Shown: positions 1 through 9,488 of the stretch, piece after piece | How positions within the stretch are numbered: position 1 is the first letter of the stretch | Layout: each line of letters begins with the position of its first letter | Origin: Gemmatimonadales bacterium | GTDB lineage: Bacteria; Gemmatimonadota; Gemmatimonadetes; Gemmatimonadales; GWC2-71-9 | Assembly: GCA_041577295.1 (NCBI GenBank) | Contig: JBFGJG010000047.1 | Coordinates: forward strand, 1-33,336 | Length of the DNA: 33,336 nt | Reading direction: 5' to 3' | Translations under genes and position numbers: made by a program | The notes under the pieces: generated by a model | What the model saw: only the letters and a program-made list of their open reading frames with translations | The model's database searches: none | What the model was told of the DNA's origin: nothing

Positions 1-188
1 CCAACGAAGCTCCACAGGGCTATTCGTTGCGCCGACGCAACAGATTGAAAACTGTGAAGTAATCTCATGTATCTGCTCCCATACGAATCGCCTGCTCTCG
101 TACCCAACAGGCGCCGTTTGGTTTGATTTCGTGATTCATCCGCGTGCTTCAGCGCACATCGCTGCCGGAGTTACGGGCGAACAGAGCG

Positions 189-1994
189 CTACGACGTGGC
201 GTCCTGCCGCGTTATTGCCTCGGGCCATGCGATCCTTGCGGTCTCGAGATCGAGCACGTAGCGCCGGCCCCCGTCCGCCAGATCGCCATTTGGTTCAAAC
301 CCGAATCGCGCATAGAAGTCGCGTACCATCCCGTTCTTCTTCGTGGGCAGGTACTCGCCCACGAGACGTCGACATCCAAGAGCGCCGGCGCGCTCCGCGA
401 CAAACGCGAGGAGGGCGTCCTCAACATGCCGGTTCATGACGCGGCAGCTCATGAGGTACGTGTCGATGATCCCGGTGTCGCCGTCCTTTCGCACGATCGC
501 CACCGCTACGAGTCCCTGATCGCCGAACCGATCCCGTAGGCGGAGCCATGCGACGATGTGTCCTGGATCCGTACGCATGGCATCGAGTTCTGCCTGACCA
601 CGCCGCCGCGTGGTGAGATTGAACTGATTGGTTTTGTTGACCAGCTGCGTGATCCGCGCCAACGTCGTCGGACCGGCCTCTCCAATCTCTGCCACCATAT
701 CGAGACTCTGGAGGAAATCTTCGACCGTCTCAAACGCCGTCGCCAGCGTTTGGCGTTCACGCTCGGCGCGATACATCGCGGTCCGTTTCGTGTCTTCCTC
801 AGACAAGCCTACCTGATCGAAGAAACCCGATTCCCACAGCGCTTCCCCGTAGCGAAGGGGATCCGCAGGCACTTCGACCACATTTACTTCTGGCGCGTTT
901 GCCCGCACTTCGGCACGCTCCACTGGATTGTCATCGAACAACACCATTGCATCGGCACCGATGTTGAGCTCCGCAGCGAGCTCGCGAATGTTCTGACTCT
1001 TGGGTCCCCAGTTGATTCGCGCCGCTGCGATGTCATCCCAACCAATCAGCATCTCCGGATGCTCCACGAACACCTGTTTCGCGACCTCGAAGTCGTTCTT
1101 GCTCACGACGGCGAGCAGGACACCGCGATCCATGAGCGACAGCGCCGTCCTCTGAAACATCTTGAACGCGTTTCCCGGGTAGTCATCGCCGAGCTTGATA
1201 CCATCGATCCCGTCATCGCCGACCACCCCACCCCACAACGTGTTGTCGAGATCGAGAACGAGGCACTTGGCAGATCGGCGACGGACGCCACACAGCGTTT
1301 GCACCAGGTGACGAGCGAGAGCGGGTTGATGTCGAGCTGCCACCGCCACCCGCGCGAGTGCCCAGAGACGCCGGTCGGTCCATTCGTGGGCCCCGCGGCC
1401 TCGCATGAGCCCCGCGTAGTCCCACACTGCCACGCCCCCGTGGTCCGCCATGCGCTGGCGGAGTCGGAGGTTGGCGGTAGCCATCGCGTAGGTGAGGGTT
1501 CCATCGACGTTGGCGTCGAAGATTCCGAGCGGGAGATGCGCGGGGAGCGCAAAGTTTGCGACCAGCACGGGCGCCCGCGACCAGCCTCGGACCGATCCGA
1601 TGATCCCGTGTAATCGATCTATCAGATCATCCGCGAGTTGCTCGAACCGCTTCCCCCCCGACGCGTGGTAGCGTACCATGGCCTCGGGATCGACGTCTTC
1701 CGCCCGCATGGCGAGCACGATGACGTCCGGGCCAAACTGGCGCAGCCCCGATGACGGATCGGCCACCTCCTGCTCGAACTGCCCGAACCGTCCGAAGTAC
1801 GGCGTGACGCGCAGCCCTCGACGCGCACCCTCCACTACGAGGAACGGCGCGACGAAATCCAGCGTGAAGGTGCCGAGCATCGCCACCTTCACCGTTTCGA
1901 GATGCGCAGGGGTGTTCGCGTGAATCTCGCGAGCGAGCCGCGTGTAGTCCGCGGGCCGCAGATCCTCAGGAATGTTGCGAATGTCGAGGGTCAT
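189..1994 (-). CDS. fkbH: FkbH-like glyceryl-ACP synthase (N-terminal SGNH-like region, HAD-IIIC phosphatase, C-terminal acyltransferase domain)
   Basis: 601 aa; HAD motif KCLVLDLDNTLWGG, SKN, FDDNPVER, QLVNKTNQFNLTTRR and C-terminal LMSCRV; adjacent ACP gene. Confidence 0.93.
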   Translation of the reverse strand: MTLDIRNIPEDLRPADYTRLAREIHANTPAHLETVKVAMLGTFTLDFVAPFLVVEGARRGLRVTPYFGRFGQFEQEVADPSSGLRQFGPDVIVLAMRAEDVDPEAMVRYHASGGKRFEQLADDLIDRLHGIIGSVRGWSRAPVLVANFALPAHLPLGIFDANVDGTLTYAMATANLRLRQRMADHGGVAVWDYAGLMRGRGAHEWTDRRLWALARVAVAARHQPALARHLVQTLCGVRRRSAKCLVLDLDNTLWGGVVGDDGIDGIKLGDDYPGNAFKMFQRTALSLMDRGVLLAVVSKNDFEVAKQVFVEHPEMLIGWDDIAAARINWGPKSQNIRELAAELNIGADAMVLFDDNPVERAEVRANAPEVNVVEVPADPLRYGEALWESGFFDQVGLSEEDTKRTAMYRAERERQTLATAFETVEDFLQSLDMVAEIGEAGPTTLARITQLVNKTNQFNLTTRRRGQAELDAMRTDPGHIVAWLRLRDRFGDQGLVAVAIVRKDGDTGIIDTYLMSCRVMNRHVEDALLAFVAERAGALGCRRLVGEYLPTKKNGMVRDFYARFGFEPNGDLADGGRRYVLDLETARIAWPEAITRQDATS

Positions 1995-2009
1995 GCTGAC
2001 CGCACGAGC

Positions 2010-2252
2010 TCACCCCGCGCTCGCGCCTTCCTCCTGAAGGCGCTGGCGGATCATGGAGACAGAAACCAATTCGGCGATCTCGCCGGGATCGAACTCTACG
2101 CCGAACTCCGCTTCGATGGCCATCAACAACTGGATGTGGGCGACCGAATCCCACGCCGCGATGGTATCAGGTGAGTCTTCATCGCCAAGCGCAGCGCCGT
2201 CGACTCCCAGCACGGAAGCGAATACGTCGCGCAATCGTTCATCGAAGTTCAT
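2010..2252 (-). CDS. Acyl carrier protein
   Basis: 80 aa, acidic; WDSVAHIQLLMAIEAEFGVEF carries the phosphopantetheine Ser; overlaps the upstream stop (ATGA). Confidence 0.93.
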   Translation of the reverse strand: MNFDERLRDVFASVLGVDGAALGDEDSPDTIAAWDSVAHIQLLMAIEAEFGVEFDPGEIAELVSVSMIRQRLQEEGASAG

Positions 2253-3061
2253 TCAGCCTCTTCCTCACGTCTGCCCATCAGATTGAGAAACCGTCCCCGC
2301 CACTCGAGGTAACGGTGAGCGCCCAACAGCGACTTGACCGGCTCCAATGCTGCTCGGCGTACCCAATGGCGCGCGGCAAGGCGACGATCACCAATCGCGA
2401 TGCGGCGGAATTCATCGCGGGCCGGATCGCCCAGCGCCCAGCAGCGCCGGACGCGAAGCGGTCCACCGGTACCATTGCTGAGCGCCGTATTGAGACCCCA
2501 CCGCGAGGTGGCGGCCACTCGATACCCGGCCTCCTGAATCAGGGACCATAAGGCGGCCCGTGGTTCGAATCCGCCGGGCAGCGCGATCTGATTGGTGTCC
2601 TGCTGCAGTGCCTCATCCAACTCAGCCTTCGATCCCACGAGCTCTTCGCGTGCGGTCGCCGCGTCGAGCTCAGAGAAGTACGCGTGCGTTCGTGTGTGCG
2701 ATTGAATCGACATGCCAGCCGCCTTCATTTCGCGCAGATGATCCCACGTCACGAAATTCGGTCGGCCCACCCACGTCGTTGGTATGAAGAACGTGGCCGT
2801 CATCCCACGCTCGAGGAGCGCGGGAAAGGCACGCTCGTACTGACCGAGATTGCCGTCGTCGAAGGTGATGGCCACGCAGTTCTCTCCTCGGCGGTCCAGC
2901 GCTTGCGCGAGCGAGCACCCCGCGACCCCGAGTTCCTGCAGCACGTCGAGGTGTTCCCGGAAGGCGTCATGAGACACGCCGAAGAACTCCGGACTCCCAT
3001 CGGAAGGGGGACAGTGTAGCAATACGTCGTGATACATGAGGCAAACCCACGACGACGTCAT
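2249..3061 (-). CDS. Polysaccharide deacetylase (CE4/NodB family)
   Basis: LMYHD, AITFDDG, SHTRTH motifs; start reset from 3364 to the ATG at 3061, which overlaps the glycosyltransferase stop (ATGA). Confidence 0.88.
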   Translation of the reverse strand: MTSSWVCLMYHDVLLHCPPSDGSPEFFGVSHDAFREHLDVLQELGVAGCSLAQALDRRGENCVAITFDDGNLGQYERAFPALLERGMTATFFIPTTWVGRPNFVTWDHLREMKAAGMSIQSHTRTHAYFSELDAATAREELVGSKAELDEALQQDTNQIALPGGFEPRAALWSLIQEAGYRVAATSRWGLNTALSNGTGGPLRVRRCWALGDPARDEFRRIAIGDRRLAARHWVRRAALEPVKSLLGAHRYLEWRGRFLNLMGRREEEAE

Positions 3062-4266
3062 GCGCCCACCACCGCCCGGCGGCGGAGCCTTCGCGCGGCT
3101 AATCCATCGATGATGTCGAGCAGAGCGTCGGCTCGGTGTCGCCACGAATGTTGTTGCGCGATCCCTTGCCGCGATTGGCGTGCGGCCGCAGCGCCACCGT
3201 TGGGGTTGAGGGCACGACTGATGGCACTGATGAATGCGTCCTCTGAATCCGCCACCGCGATGGCGTCGCGGTATTTCAAGACCTCTGGAATCTCGGTCGA
3301 CACCACGGGGATTCCTGCCGCGAGGTATTCGAGCAGCTTGAGTGGATCGACCGCGAGGGTCCACTCGTTCAGGAGGTACGGGATCAGCCCTACGTCGAAC
3401 GCCTGGACGTATGCGGGAAGATCCCTGTACGGTCGCGGGCCGAGCAGATGGATGTTCGGACGGTCGAGCACAGCGGTGTCCTCGACAGCGATTGGCCCGA
3501 CGAATACGACGGACGCCGACGGGTTAGCATCCGCGATCTTGCGAATCAGTGAAAAATCACAGCAGGCACTCACACCACCAGCGAAGCCGATGATCGGGCG
3601 TGGAAGATGGGCAAGCTCCTCGGGTACTGATCGTGTCGTCGCGAAGTGCTCGAAATTCACACCCTGCGGCAGGTAATGCGCCGCGCCGGTGCGCGGGACC
3701 TTTGAGCGAGTAAGGCTCTCTGCGGTGGCCACCACGGCATCGACGCGACGGAGCAGGCGACGCTCCAGTGGACCAAGCATCTCGTTCGTCACACCTGCCA
3801 GGTGCAAAAAATCGTCCATGCAGAAGTAGACGGACGCCACTTCACCGATCCGTCCCACGACAACCGTCGACGGCGGTGACCCCGTGACCAACATTGGTGG
3901 CGCCGACGTGTTTAGTTGATCCAATGCACCGCGAATCAGTCGTAACAGTGTCCGGCGATTGTAGGCAGCCACCGTGTGCCAGTGATGCCAGGGAAGCACG
4001 CGCGGCTGTAGGATGATTTCGGGTTTTCGATCATCGAACGCGGCCTCCACCGGCAGCTTCGGTCCCTGCCCCACCATCGACCACGCCTTCTCCCAAGCCC
4101 GGCGCAGGTCCTCCGCTCGAAGGCTCGGAACCCGATGCCCAATGCCGTTGATCCACACCACCCGCCGCCGTTCGACGATCTCGCGAAAGACGTGCTGCAT
4201 CGAAGAGACACGACGACCCCAGTCGTCGCCAAAGACGACGATTGGACACTCCTGTGGGGTGGTCAC
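3058..4266 (-). CDS. Glycosyltransferase, GT4-like (TuaH-type)
   Basis: 402 aa; FDVGLIPY...VDPLKLLEYLAAGIPVVST GT-B C-terminal motif; overlaps neighbours at both ends. Confidence 0.88.
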   Translation of the reverse strand: MTTPQECPIVVFGDDWGRRVSSMQHVFREIVERRRVVWINGIGHRVPSLRAEDLRRAWEKAWSMVGQGPKLPVEAAFDDRKPEIILQPRVLPWHHWHTVAAYNRRTLLRLIRGALDQLNTSAPPMLVTGSPPSTVVVGRIGEVASVYFCMDDFLHLAGVTNEMLGPLERRLLRRVDAVVATAESLTRSKVPRTGAAHYLPQGVNFEHFATTRSVPEELAHLPRPIIGFAGGVSACCDFSLIRKIADANPSASVVFVGPIAVEDTAVLDRPNIHLLGPRPYRDLPAYVQAFDVGLIPYLLNEWTLAVDPLKLLEYLAAGIPVVSTEIPEVLKYRDAIAVADSEDAFISAISRALNPNGGAAAARQSRQGIAQQHSWRHRADALLDIIDGLAARRLRRRAVVGA

Positions 4267-4964
4267 CCGTCGACCTTCTCGTAGACTGCCAAGAACTTGT
4301 TAGCCTGCATACGCTCCGGCAGCCAACTCGTGACGGTCGTGTACAGGCGACGAACGAAGCTCAGACGATCCGCCCACGCTCGGTGGATATAGTGCAGCGC
4401 TGATTGGCGAAACCCGTGCTGGGCCAATCGCCGGGCGGTCTTGCGCGGCCACAGCGCGCGCTGGTTGCGTGTCATGCCAGGCATCCCGACCATGCGGTTC
4501 ACGACGTTCATCGCAAACCAGGTCACGAAGTTCCCGGCGTTGGTCTCGAACGCGATCAGGGTTCCACGTGTGACCCGCCCGAGTTCACCCTCGAGACGAT
4601 CGAGCTTGGGAAAGTGATGGAGGAGCAACGACGTCCAGGTCACTGACGCCATGCCGTCGCGGAACGGCAACTCTTCGGCGTTGGCGACGACGAAGTGACC
4701 CTCGAGTCCTTCCCGCCGAAATCGGTCACGGGCCGCCCGGACACCGGGCATGGTGAGATCGACGGCAAGCACTTGGTACCCCCGGCGCGCCATGCGCACA
4801 GCGTGCGCTCCAGTCCCGCACCCCAGGTCGAGCACGAGACCGTCAGGGGCCGAGGGGAATGCGAGCGCATGAAGCTCGTCATAACCAGACGTGATGTGCT
4901 CGTTCTCCGGGTTGGCCTCGAAGAGTGCATCATAGAACGAACGTTCGGCGATAATGTCCTGCAT
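4263..4964 (-). CDS. Class I SAM-dependent methyltransferase
   Basis: VLDLGCGTG motif I, ANAEELPF, LLHHF; start reset to the ATG at 4964 just after the upstream stop. Confidence 0.85.
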   Translation of the reverse strand: MQDIIAERSFYDALFEANPENEHITSGYDELHALAFPSAPDGLVLDLGCGTGAHAVRMARRGYQVLAVDLTMPGVRAARDRFRREGLEGHFVVANAEELPFRDGMASVTWTSLLLHHFPKLDRLEGELGRVTRGTLIAFETNAGNFVTWFAMNVVNRMVGMPGMTRNQRALWPRKTARRLAQHGFRQSALHYIHRAWADRLSFVRRLYTTVTSWLPERMQANKFLAVYEKVDG

Positions 4965-4966
4965 GG

Positions 4967-6205
4967 TTACACCTTGGACGAAATGAGCGGGTTGGTCAGG
5001 TTGTGTAGGTCCGTCACGGATATCGAAGACTTTTTGATCAACTTGGCGACGCGTGCCACACGACGTCGCGAGACACGCGCGTGACAAGGAAGCGCCATCA
5101 CGCACTCCGCAAAGGCTTCGGCCTTGGGCGTCGGGCGTTCGTCGCACCAACCGCGGAACGCCTCGATGGCTCCTAAAGTCGTGGGATAGGAGGACACGTA
5201 GGTGAACCCACGCCTCGCAAAGCGTTGCGTCAACCGGCGACGCGCGTCAACGTCGGTCGCCAAGATCGGGAAGCGAAGGTACGCCGGCTGTGTCGACCCG
5301 CGTGGCACGATGACCCGGAGAGCCGGGCAGTCACGTAAGGCGGTCATCCACAGCTCGGCCACACCGGTGCGCGTCTCCCGTTGCTGCCAGACGCAGGTGG
5401 TCAAGTCGGCCGCGAGGCCGTTCACCGATGACGGGGCCGGGGCCATCGCGAACTCGGGTTGGAACGTCGATTCGCCGATCCCTGCACCAGGAAGCCGGCT
5501 CATCACCCCAAACATCGTGACGCTGGAAGAGAGCTTGACGGCCGCAGCCATGGCGAGCTCCACCGCGCCCCGGGTCGGCTCGTTGCCTCCGTTGCCGAGA
5601 TGGGCCCGTAAGGCCGGGGTATGAACCAGCAAGGCGCCACCGTCACCCGTCGTCACACACTTCCCACGGCCAAAGCTGAGCACCCCGAGATCCCCACGGC
5701 TCCCCACTGGATCGCCGACATCGATAGCGCCGAGGGCCTGAGCGGCGTCGTCAATCACGATGATCCCTCGTTCACGAACCCATCGCAAATCACTGATTCG
5801 CGAGGGATACCCGTACAGATTCCCGAGCACGACAGCTGCCACGTGGTCATCGACACAGGCGCGGAGGTCGTCGCGATCGAAGTCCAGCGTGATCGGATCG
5901 ATATCGCACAGGCGGACACGAGCACCCGCCATGGCCGCGGCAGCAGCAACCGAATACGACGTATAGGCGGGAAGCACGATGACCCGACGCCCCGTCGCGC
6001 GCATGGCAACGATCAGCGCCTTGGCGAGCGCGGCCCGTCCGCTGGCAAAGCCCACGGGGTGCGTACGCGGAAAGAGCGTGCGCACCTCGTGCTCGAGCCG
6101 GCCGCGAAACGACGACGGCCGTAACAGCGCCACCGCGCCGCGAGTCAACGCGCCGAGGGACGGAGCAGCCAAGGTTGGCGGAATGCGAGTGAGCCTCATC
6201 ATCAT
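4967..6205 (-). CDS. DegT/DnrJ/EryC1/StrS-family PLP-dependent (sugar) aminotransferase
   Basis: SGRAAL, LPAYT, DDAAQALG, SFGRGKCVTTGDGG (PLP Lys), C-terminal ALPCH; start uncertain (6214/6205/6199). Confidence 0.83.
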   Translation of the reverse strand: MMMRLTRIPPTLAAPSLGALTRGAVALLRPSSFRGRLEHEVRTLFPRTHPVGFASGRAALAKALIVAMRATGRRVIVLPAYTSYSVAAAAAMAGARVRLCDIDPITLDFDRDDLRACVDDHVAAVVLGNLYGYPSRISDLRWVRERGIIVIDDAAQALGAIDVGDPVGSRGDLGVLSFGRGKCVTTGDGGALLVHTPALRAHLGNGGNEPTRGAVELAMAAAVKLSSSVTMFGVMSRLPGAGIGESTFQPEFAMAPAPSSVNGLAADLTTCVWQQRETRTGVAELWMTALRDCPALRVIVPRGSTQPAYLRFPILATDVDARRRLTQRFARRGFTYVSSYPTTLGAIEAFRGWCDERPTPKAEAFAECVMALPCHARVSRRRVARVAKLIKKSSISVTDLHNLTNPLISSKV

Positions 6206-6276
6206 CACGACCACACAGGGAGTGCGCTAGACCTCCTGAGGAGTGGCGAAATCGCGGTTCGGACGCCGGGCTGAAC

Positions 6277-6292
6277 AGCATTACTCGTGCCT
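6277..6292 (-). promoter_or_regulatory. Putative sigma-54 promoter for the DegT...FkbH operon
   Basis: Minus strand AGGCACGAGTAATGCT, exact GG-N10-GC with GGCACG -24 box, ~70 nt before the start. Confidence 0.6.
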
Positions 6293-6342
6293 GAGGAGGG
6301 CCTGTGAGGGTTGGCCAGTATGTACATGTGTGGAAAGCACTT

Positions 6343-6378
6343 CCGCCTCTCCTGCCTCCCCTGCCTCTCCCGCCTCCC
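6343..6378. repeat. Tandem 9-bp repeat (CYGCCTCYC)x4
   Basis: CCGCCTCTC CTGCCTCCC CTGCCTCTC CCGCCTCCC; same unit family as 29543-29616 and 31151-31220. Confidence 0.8.
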
Positions 6379-6504
6379 GCACCAGTCCCGGTGCTGACGA
6401 GCCGGGCGGATGTCTCCATGTTGCACCACCGCAACACCCTGCTGATACGGCTCCGGAAAATGCGACGAACGTGGCCCCACAACTGTGACCTACAACCCGT
6501 GCTG

Positions 6505-6521
6505 CTGGTACGGCGATTGCT
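6505..6521 (+). promoter_or_regulatory. Putative sigma-54 promoter for the O-antigen ligase-family gene
   Basis: CTGGTACGGCGATTGCT, one mismatch to TGGCACG-N4-TTGCW, exact spacing; 60 nt before ATG 6581. Confidence 0.72.
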
Positions 6522-6580
6522 CCCACAGAGACGTCTGCACCCCTAGACTTCTCGAGTGCCGGGAGCCACCACAGCTCGCA

Positions 6581-8092
6581 ATGACCACGCCCCAACCACT
6601 TTCGACCACGCCGACCCACGCGGTGCCCTTGATGGGTGCGCGTCAGGCCCGGCGAGCCACCCGCGTCACGGCGTCCTCGGGCAAGTGGCTGGTGTGGTAC
6701 ATCTACTTTCTGTGGTTCCTGATCGTCTTCGATCCACACCGGTGGCTGGCGAGCTTTGGCGCCGGGCCGCTCAACCGGCTTGGCTCCATCGCCTTCGTCC
6801 CGCTCGTGCTCATCATGCTCGTGCAGGGTCCTATGATCCTGGCGTGGGCGCGCCGCTGGACGATGTACCCCGCGCTCGCAGCCTACGTAGGCTTCGCGTT
6901 CGTCACGGTGCCCTTGGCCTTCAACCGGGGCCAGGCGTGGGAAACGACGCAGGGTCTGATCCTGTTCTATCTGCTTGGGCTGGGCACGCTCGTGTTCATT
7001 CGGAAGGCCACCCAGGCCATCCCGATCGTGCTCATGCTGATGTGGCAGTTCGCCTGGTGGGCGTACCACGCCAGGTTCTCGGCAATGGTGTTTTGGCACC
7101 CGGGATATGCGAACACCGACGGCGTGGGATCCCTGCTCGTGATGGGGATCGGTCTGTGTTTCTACTACGGCTTGGCGACCAACCACAAATGGCTGAAGCG
7201 AATCGCGTTCGCGTTGGCCGCATACTGCGTGCTCGGCGTCGTCGCGTCGTTTGCCCGTGGGGCCGTGTTGACCGCGGGTGCCGTGATTGTGGTGCTTTGG
7301 GTGCGCTCGCCACGCAAGGCGATCGCCGCCGCCGGGGCGATCCTCGCGGTGGTGCTCGTCATCGGCGGCGCCGGCCTGATGCACGAAGAGGGCGCCTTCT
7401 GGGCGGAAATGGAATCGACGTTCACCGAGGGAGCCCGCGAAGGGACGGGGCGCGACCGATGGGAGCTGTGGAAAGCCGCGACGAGGGTGTGGACGGAGCG
7501 ACCGATCATCGGCGTTGGGGCCACGAACTTCGGCCCGTTTGCCGCCAGCTACTTCGCGTTTGGTGAGATCCCGGGATATGAAAACCCGGGACGACTGTAC
7601 TCACGCAACCTTCACAACGCGTACTTCCAGATCCTCAGTGAGTTCGGCATCATCGGCTCCCTGCTCTTCATTTGGCTCATCGTGGACTTCTGGAAAAACA
7701 ATCGCAAACTCCGCCGACCGGACTTTTTGCAGGCGTGGCACTCCCGTTCAGGAGGAAAGCTCGATCTCCGCTTCATCTCCTTGGGACTCGAACTGGCGAT
7801 GTTCGCGTACCTCTGCAATTCGTTGTTCTACGCGCAGCTGTACGTGCACTGGCTGTACACGTTGTTGATCGCAAACCATCTCCTCTTTGCGATGTCGATG
7901 CCGACGGCGGCCGACCGCGCCGCCGCCATGGCGGGACGTAAAGGTAAGAAACGATGGGGATCGTTCGAGGGTCCGCGCCTACCCACGGTGCATCACGAGC
8001 CACCAGTGCGTCTCAGGCCCTCGGCGCAGAAACAGTTGGCGGCACCGCAAGACAGTGGGAGCAGCGACCAGGGAGTAGGGAGTAGGGAGTAA
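6581..8092 (+). CDS. O-antigen ligase/Wzy_C-family membrane protein (polymerase or O-glycosylation ligase)
   Basis: Many hydrophobic helices; SFARGA, RWELWKAA..ERPIIGVGATNF, HNAYFQILSEFGIIG; start reset from 6485 to ATG 6581, downstream of the sigma-54 motif. Confidence 0.87.
   Translation: MTTPQPLSTTPTHAVPLMGARQARRATRVTASSGKWLVWYIYFLWFLIVFDPHRWLASFGAGPLNRLGSIAFVPLVLIMLVQGPMILAWARRWTMYPALAAYVGFAFVTVPLAFNRGQAWETTQGLILFYLLGLGTLVFIRKATQAIPIVLMLMWQFAWWAYHARFSAMVFWHPGYANTDGVGSLLVMGIGLCFYYGLATNHKWLKRIAFALAAYCVLGVVASFARGAVLTAGAVIVVLWVRSPRKAIAAAGAILAVVLVIGGAGLMHEEGAFWAEMESTFTEGAREGTGRDRWELWKAATRVWTERPIIGVGATNFGPFAASYFAFGEIPGYENPGRLYSRNLHNAYFQILSEFGIIGSLLFIWLIVDFWKNNRKLRRPDFLQAWHSRSGGKLDLRFISLGLELAMFAYLCNSLFYAQLYVHWLYTLLIANHLLFAMSMPTAADRAAAMAGRKGKKRWGSFEGPRLPTVHHEPPVRLRPSAQKQLAAPQDSGSSDQGVGSRE
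8070..8090. repeat. Tandem heptamer (AGGGAGT)x3 at the gene 3' end
   Basis: AGGGAGT AGGGAGT AGGGAGT runs into the TAA stop at 8090-8092. Confidence 0.8.
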
Positions 8093-8104
8093 TCAGAAAG
8101 CCGC

Positions 8105-8124
8105 CTCGCTGCCCCCCGCAGCGA
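8105..8124. terminator. GC-rich hairpin between convergent genes
   Basis: CTCGCTGC-cccc-GCAGCGAG perfect 8-bp stem; no clear U-tract on +. Confidence 0.4.
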
Positions 8125-8237
8125 GCGTCAGTGAGCGTTGCCTTGCTTGGGATCCCACATAGCCCGTGCGAACTTGTGCTCGCGAAGGGGCGTAGCGAGG
8201 CGGTGTTCTCTACCGCCAAATCCCCCTGATCCCGCCC

Positions 8238-9365
8238 CTACCAAAACCTCGGCCCGTCACAGTCACCACGGTTCACGAAGATTCCCAAACGCTGCACCTC
8301 CGGGTCCTTCAACCGCGCTTCCATCTTGGGCGCACGGTAAAACGCGAAGTTCGTGGGCCCGGGAAAAAACTGAAGCCGCTTCACGGCGCGAATCCACGCG
8401 GGATGAAACTGGTTCGTGAAGATGAGATCCACGCCGGAGCTCGCCAACGCATCGACCCCAGCTGCCAGGACGCCCACAGCGTGTTCGGGTGCCGCGAACG
8501 CATCCGCCAGAAGGCCCACTTTGAGATCGCCAAACGCTCGGCTGCGTCGTGACCGCGACATATCGACCGCGATGACCGCGATCCACCCCACGAGGTCACC
8601 ATTGTGTTCCACCCGAAACCGCATCATGTGCGGAAACTCCTCCGGGTAGAGCCATTCCAGCATCCGCTGGTTGCGGCATGCGCTCAGTCCATAGCGCGTA
8701 CGAGTCTGGTTCCAGAGATCGTCCACCCAACTGCCAAACGTCGAGATCGTTTCGGCGTGATACCCTCTTCCCACCCGGCTCACGAGACGCCACGCACGCG
8801 AGACCGACTGGTGCGCGAGCCATGCAAGGCCGCTCGACGCCAGCGCGTTGGCGACGAGACGACGGCTTTTGGTGCTTCTAAAAACCGGAAGCTCGCGCAG
8901 CACCTTGGCAGGCCGGACGATTCGCACCAAAAACGGGACGGAATCACCTTTCCATCCCATGCCCGCAACGAGACGGGCAAACGCGCCTTCGTGACCGCCC
9001 AACCCCAGCGTCATGAGATTCGGTTGCTCTCGCATGAGCTTCAACACGAGCGCCGCCGGAACTCCGCGATAGGCCCCATCGATCAGCGATTCGCTCACGG
9101 GATACTTGGCCCATCCCGCTTCGATGTCGGAACCATTCAACGAGAACTGATGCTCCCGGAGCCAGATCCCGCCGCGAATCTCCTCACCTTCAGCGGCCAC
9201 GAAGAAACGTTCTTTGAGCGGCCGAGGCTCCGATTCACCGGACCGCTGCCCGTTCTCGCCGTAGACGTCGTACTCCACGCCCCCTGCACGCAACCGTTCG
9301 TTGAGCCGGTCGATCGCGGGCCCATCGCTGGGTTCGTATCGTCGGACGATGAGCTTTGGCACCAA
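8238..9365 (-). CDS. GNAT-fold acyltransferase-like protein (two-domain)
   Basis: 375 aa; N-terminal IVRRYEPSDGPAI, SLIDGAYRG acyl-donor-like loop, second domain RNQRMLEWLY; EPS context. Confidence 0.6.
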   Translation of the reverse strand: MVPKLIVRRYEPSDGPAIDRLNERLRAGGVEYDVYGENGQRSGESEPRPLKERFFVAAEGEEIRGGIWLREHQFSLNGSDIEAGWAKYPVSESLIDGAYRGVPAALVLKLMREQPNLMTLGLGGHEGAFARLVAGMGWKGDSVPFLVRIVRPAKVLRELPVFRSTKSRRLVANALASSGLAWLAHQSVSRAWRLVSRVGRGYHAETISTFGSWVDDLWNQTRTRYGLSACRNQRMLEWLYPEEFPHMMRFRVEHNGDLVGWIAVIAVDMSRSRRSRAFGDLKVGLLADAFAAPEHAVGVLAAGVDALASSGVDLIFTNQFHPAWIRAVKRLQFFPGPTNFAFYRAPKMEARLKDPEVQRLGIFVNRGDCDGPRFW

Positions 9366-9401
9366 GATGAAAACTCTTTACGTTTTGACTGGGGAAAGGT
9401 G

Positions 9402-9418
9402 TGGCACACGATGTGCCG
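9402..9418. promoter_or_regulatory. Palindromic element reading as sigma-54 -24/-12 on both strands
   Basis: + TGGCACACGATGTGCC and - CGGCACATCGTGTGCC, both GG-N10-GC; between divergent genes. Confidence 0.5.
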
Positions 9419-9488
9419 CGTTGAAATCCGTCACCGAAGGTCGTTGGCCTCGAGCGAGGCAACGCACAGTCATGGCACCCAATGAGAC

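Noticed and set aside
1..188. Possible ncRNA or terminator downstream of fkbH
   Set aside because: Only a 7-bp inverted repeat (CAACGAA/TTCGTTG) at the window edge; not enough context.
558..1613. 351-aa + strand ORF (and similar long ORFs at 8604, 14854, 19379, 22014, 26681)
   Set aside because: Antisense shadows of motif-bearing genes, expected in GC-rich DNA; no recognisable motifs.
189..2252. Polyketide or tetronate biosynthetic cluster
   Set aside because: No ketosynthase, FabH-like or NRPS gene in the window; the context is polysaccharide.
6304..6546. 80-aa Pro-rich intergenic ORF
   Set aside because: The Pro run comes from the 9-bp repeat, and the ORF spans promoter elements.
6485..6580. 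Cys-rich N-terminal extension (MTYNPCCWYGDC...) resembling a RiPP precursor or metal site
   Set aside because: Overlaps the sigma-54 motif at 6505-6521; it is translated promoter DNA and ATG 6581 is the better start.
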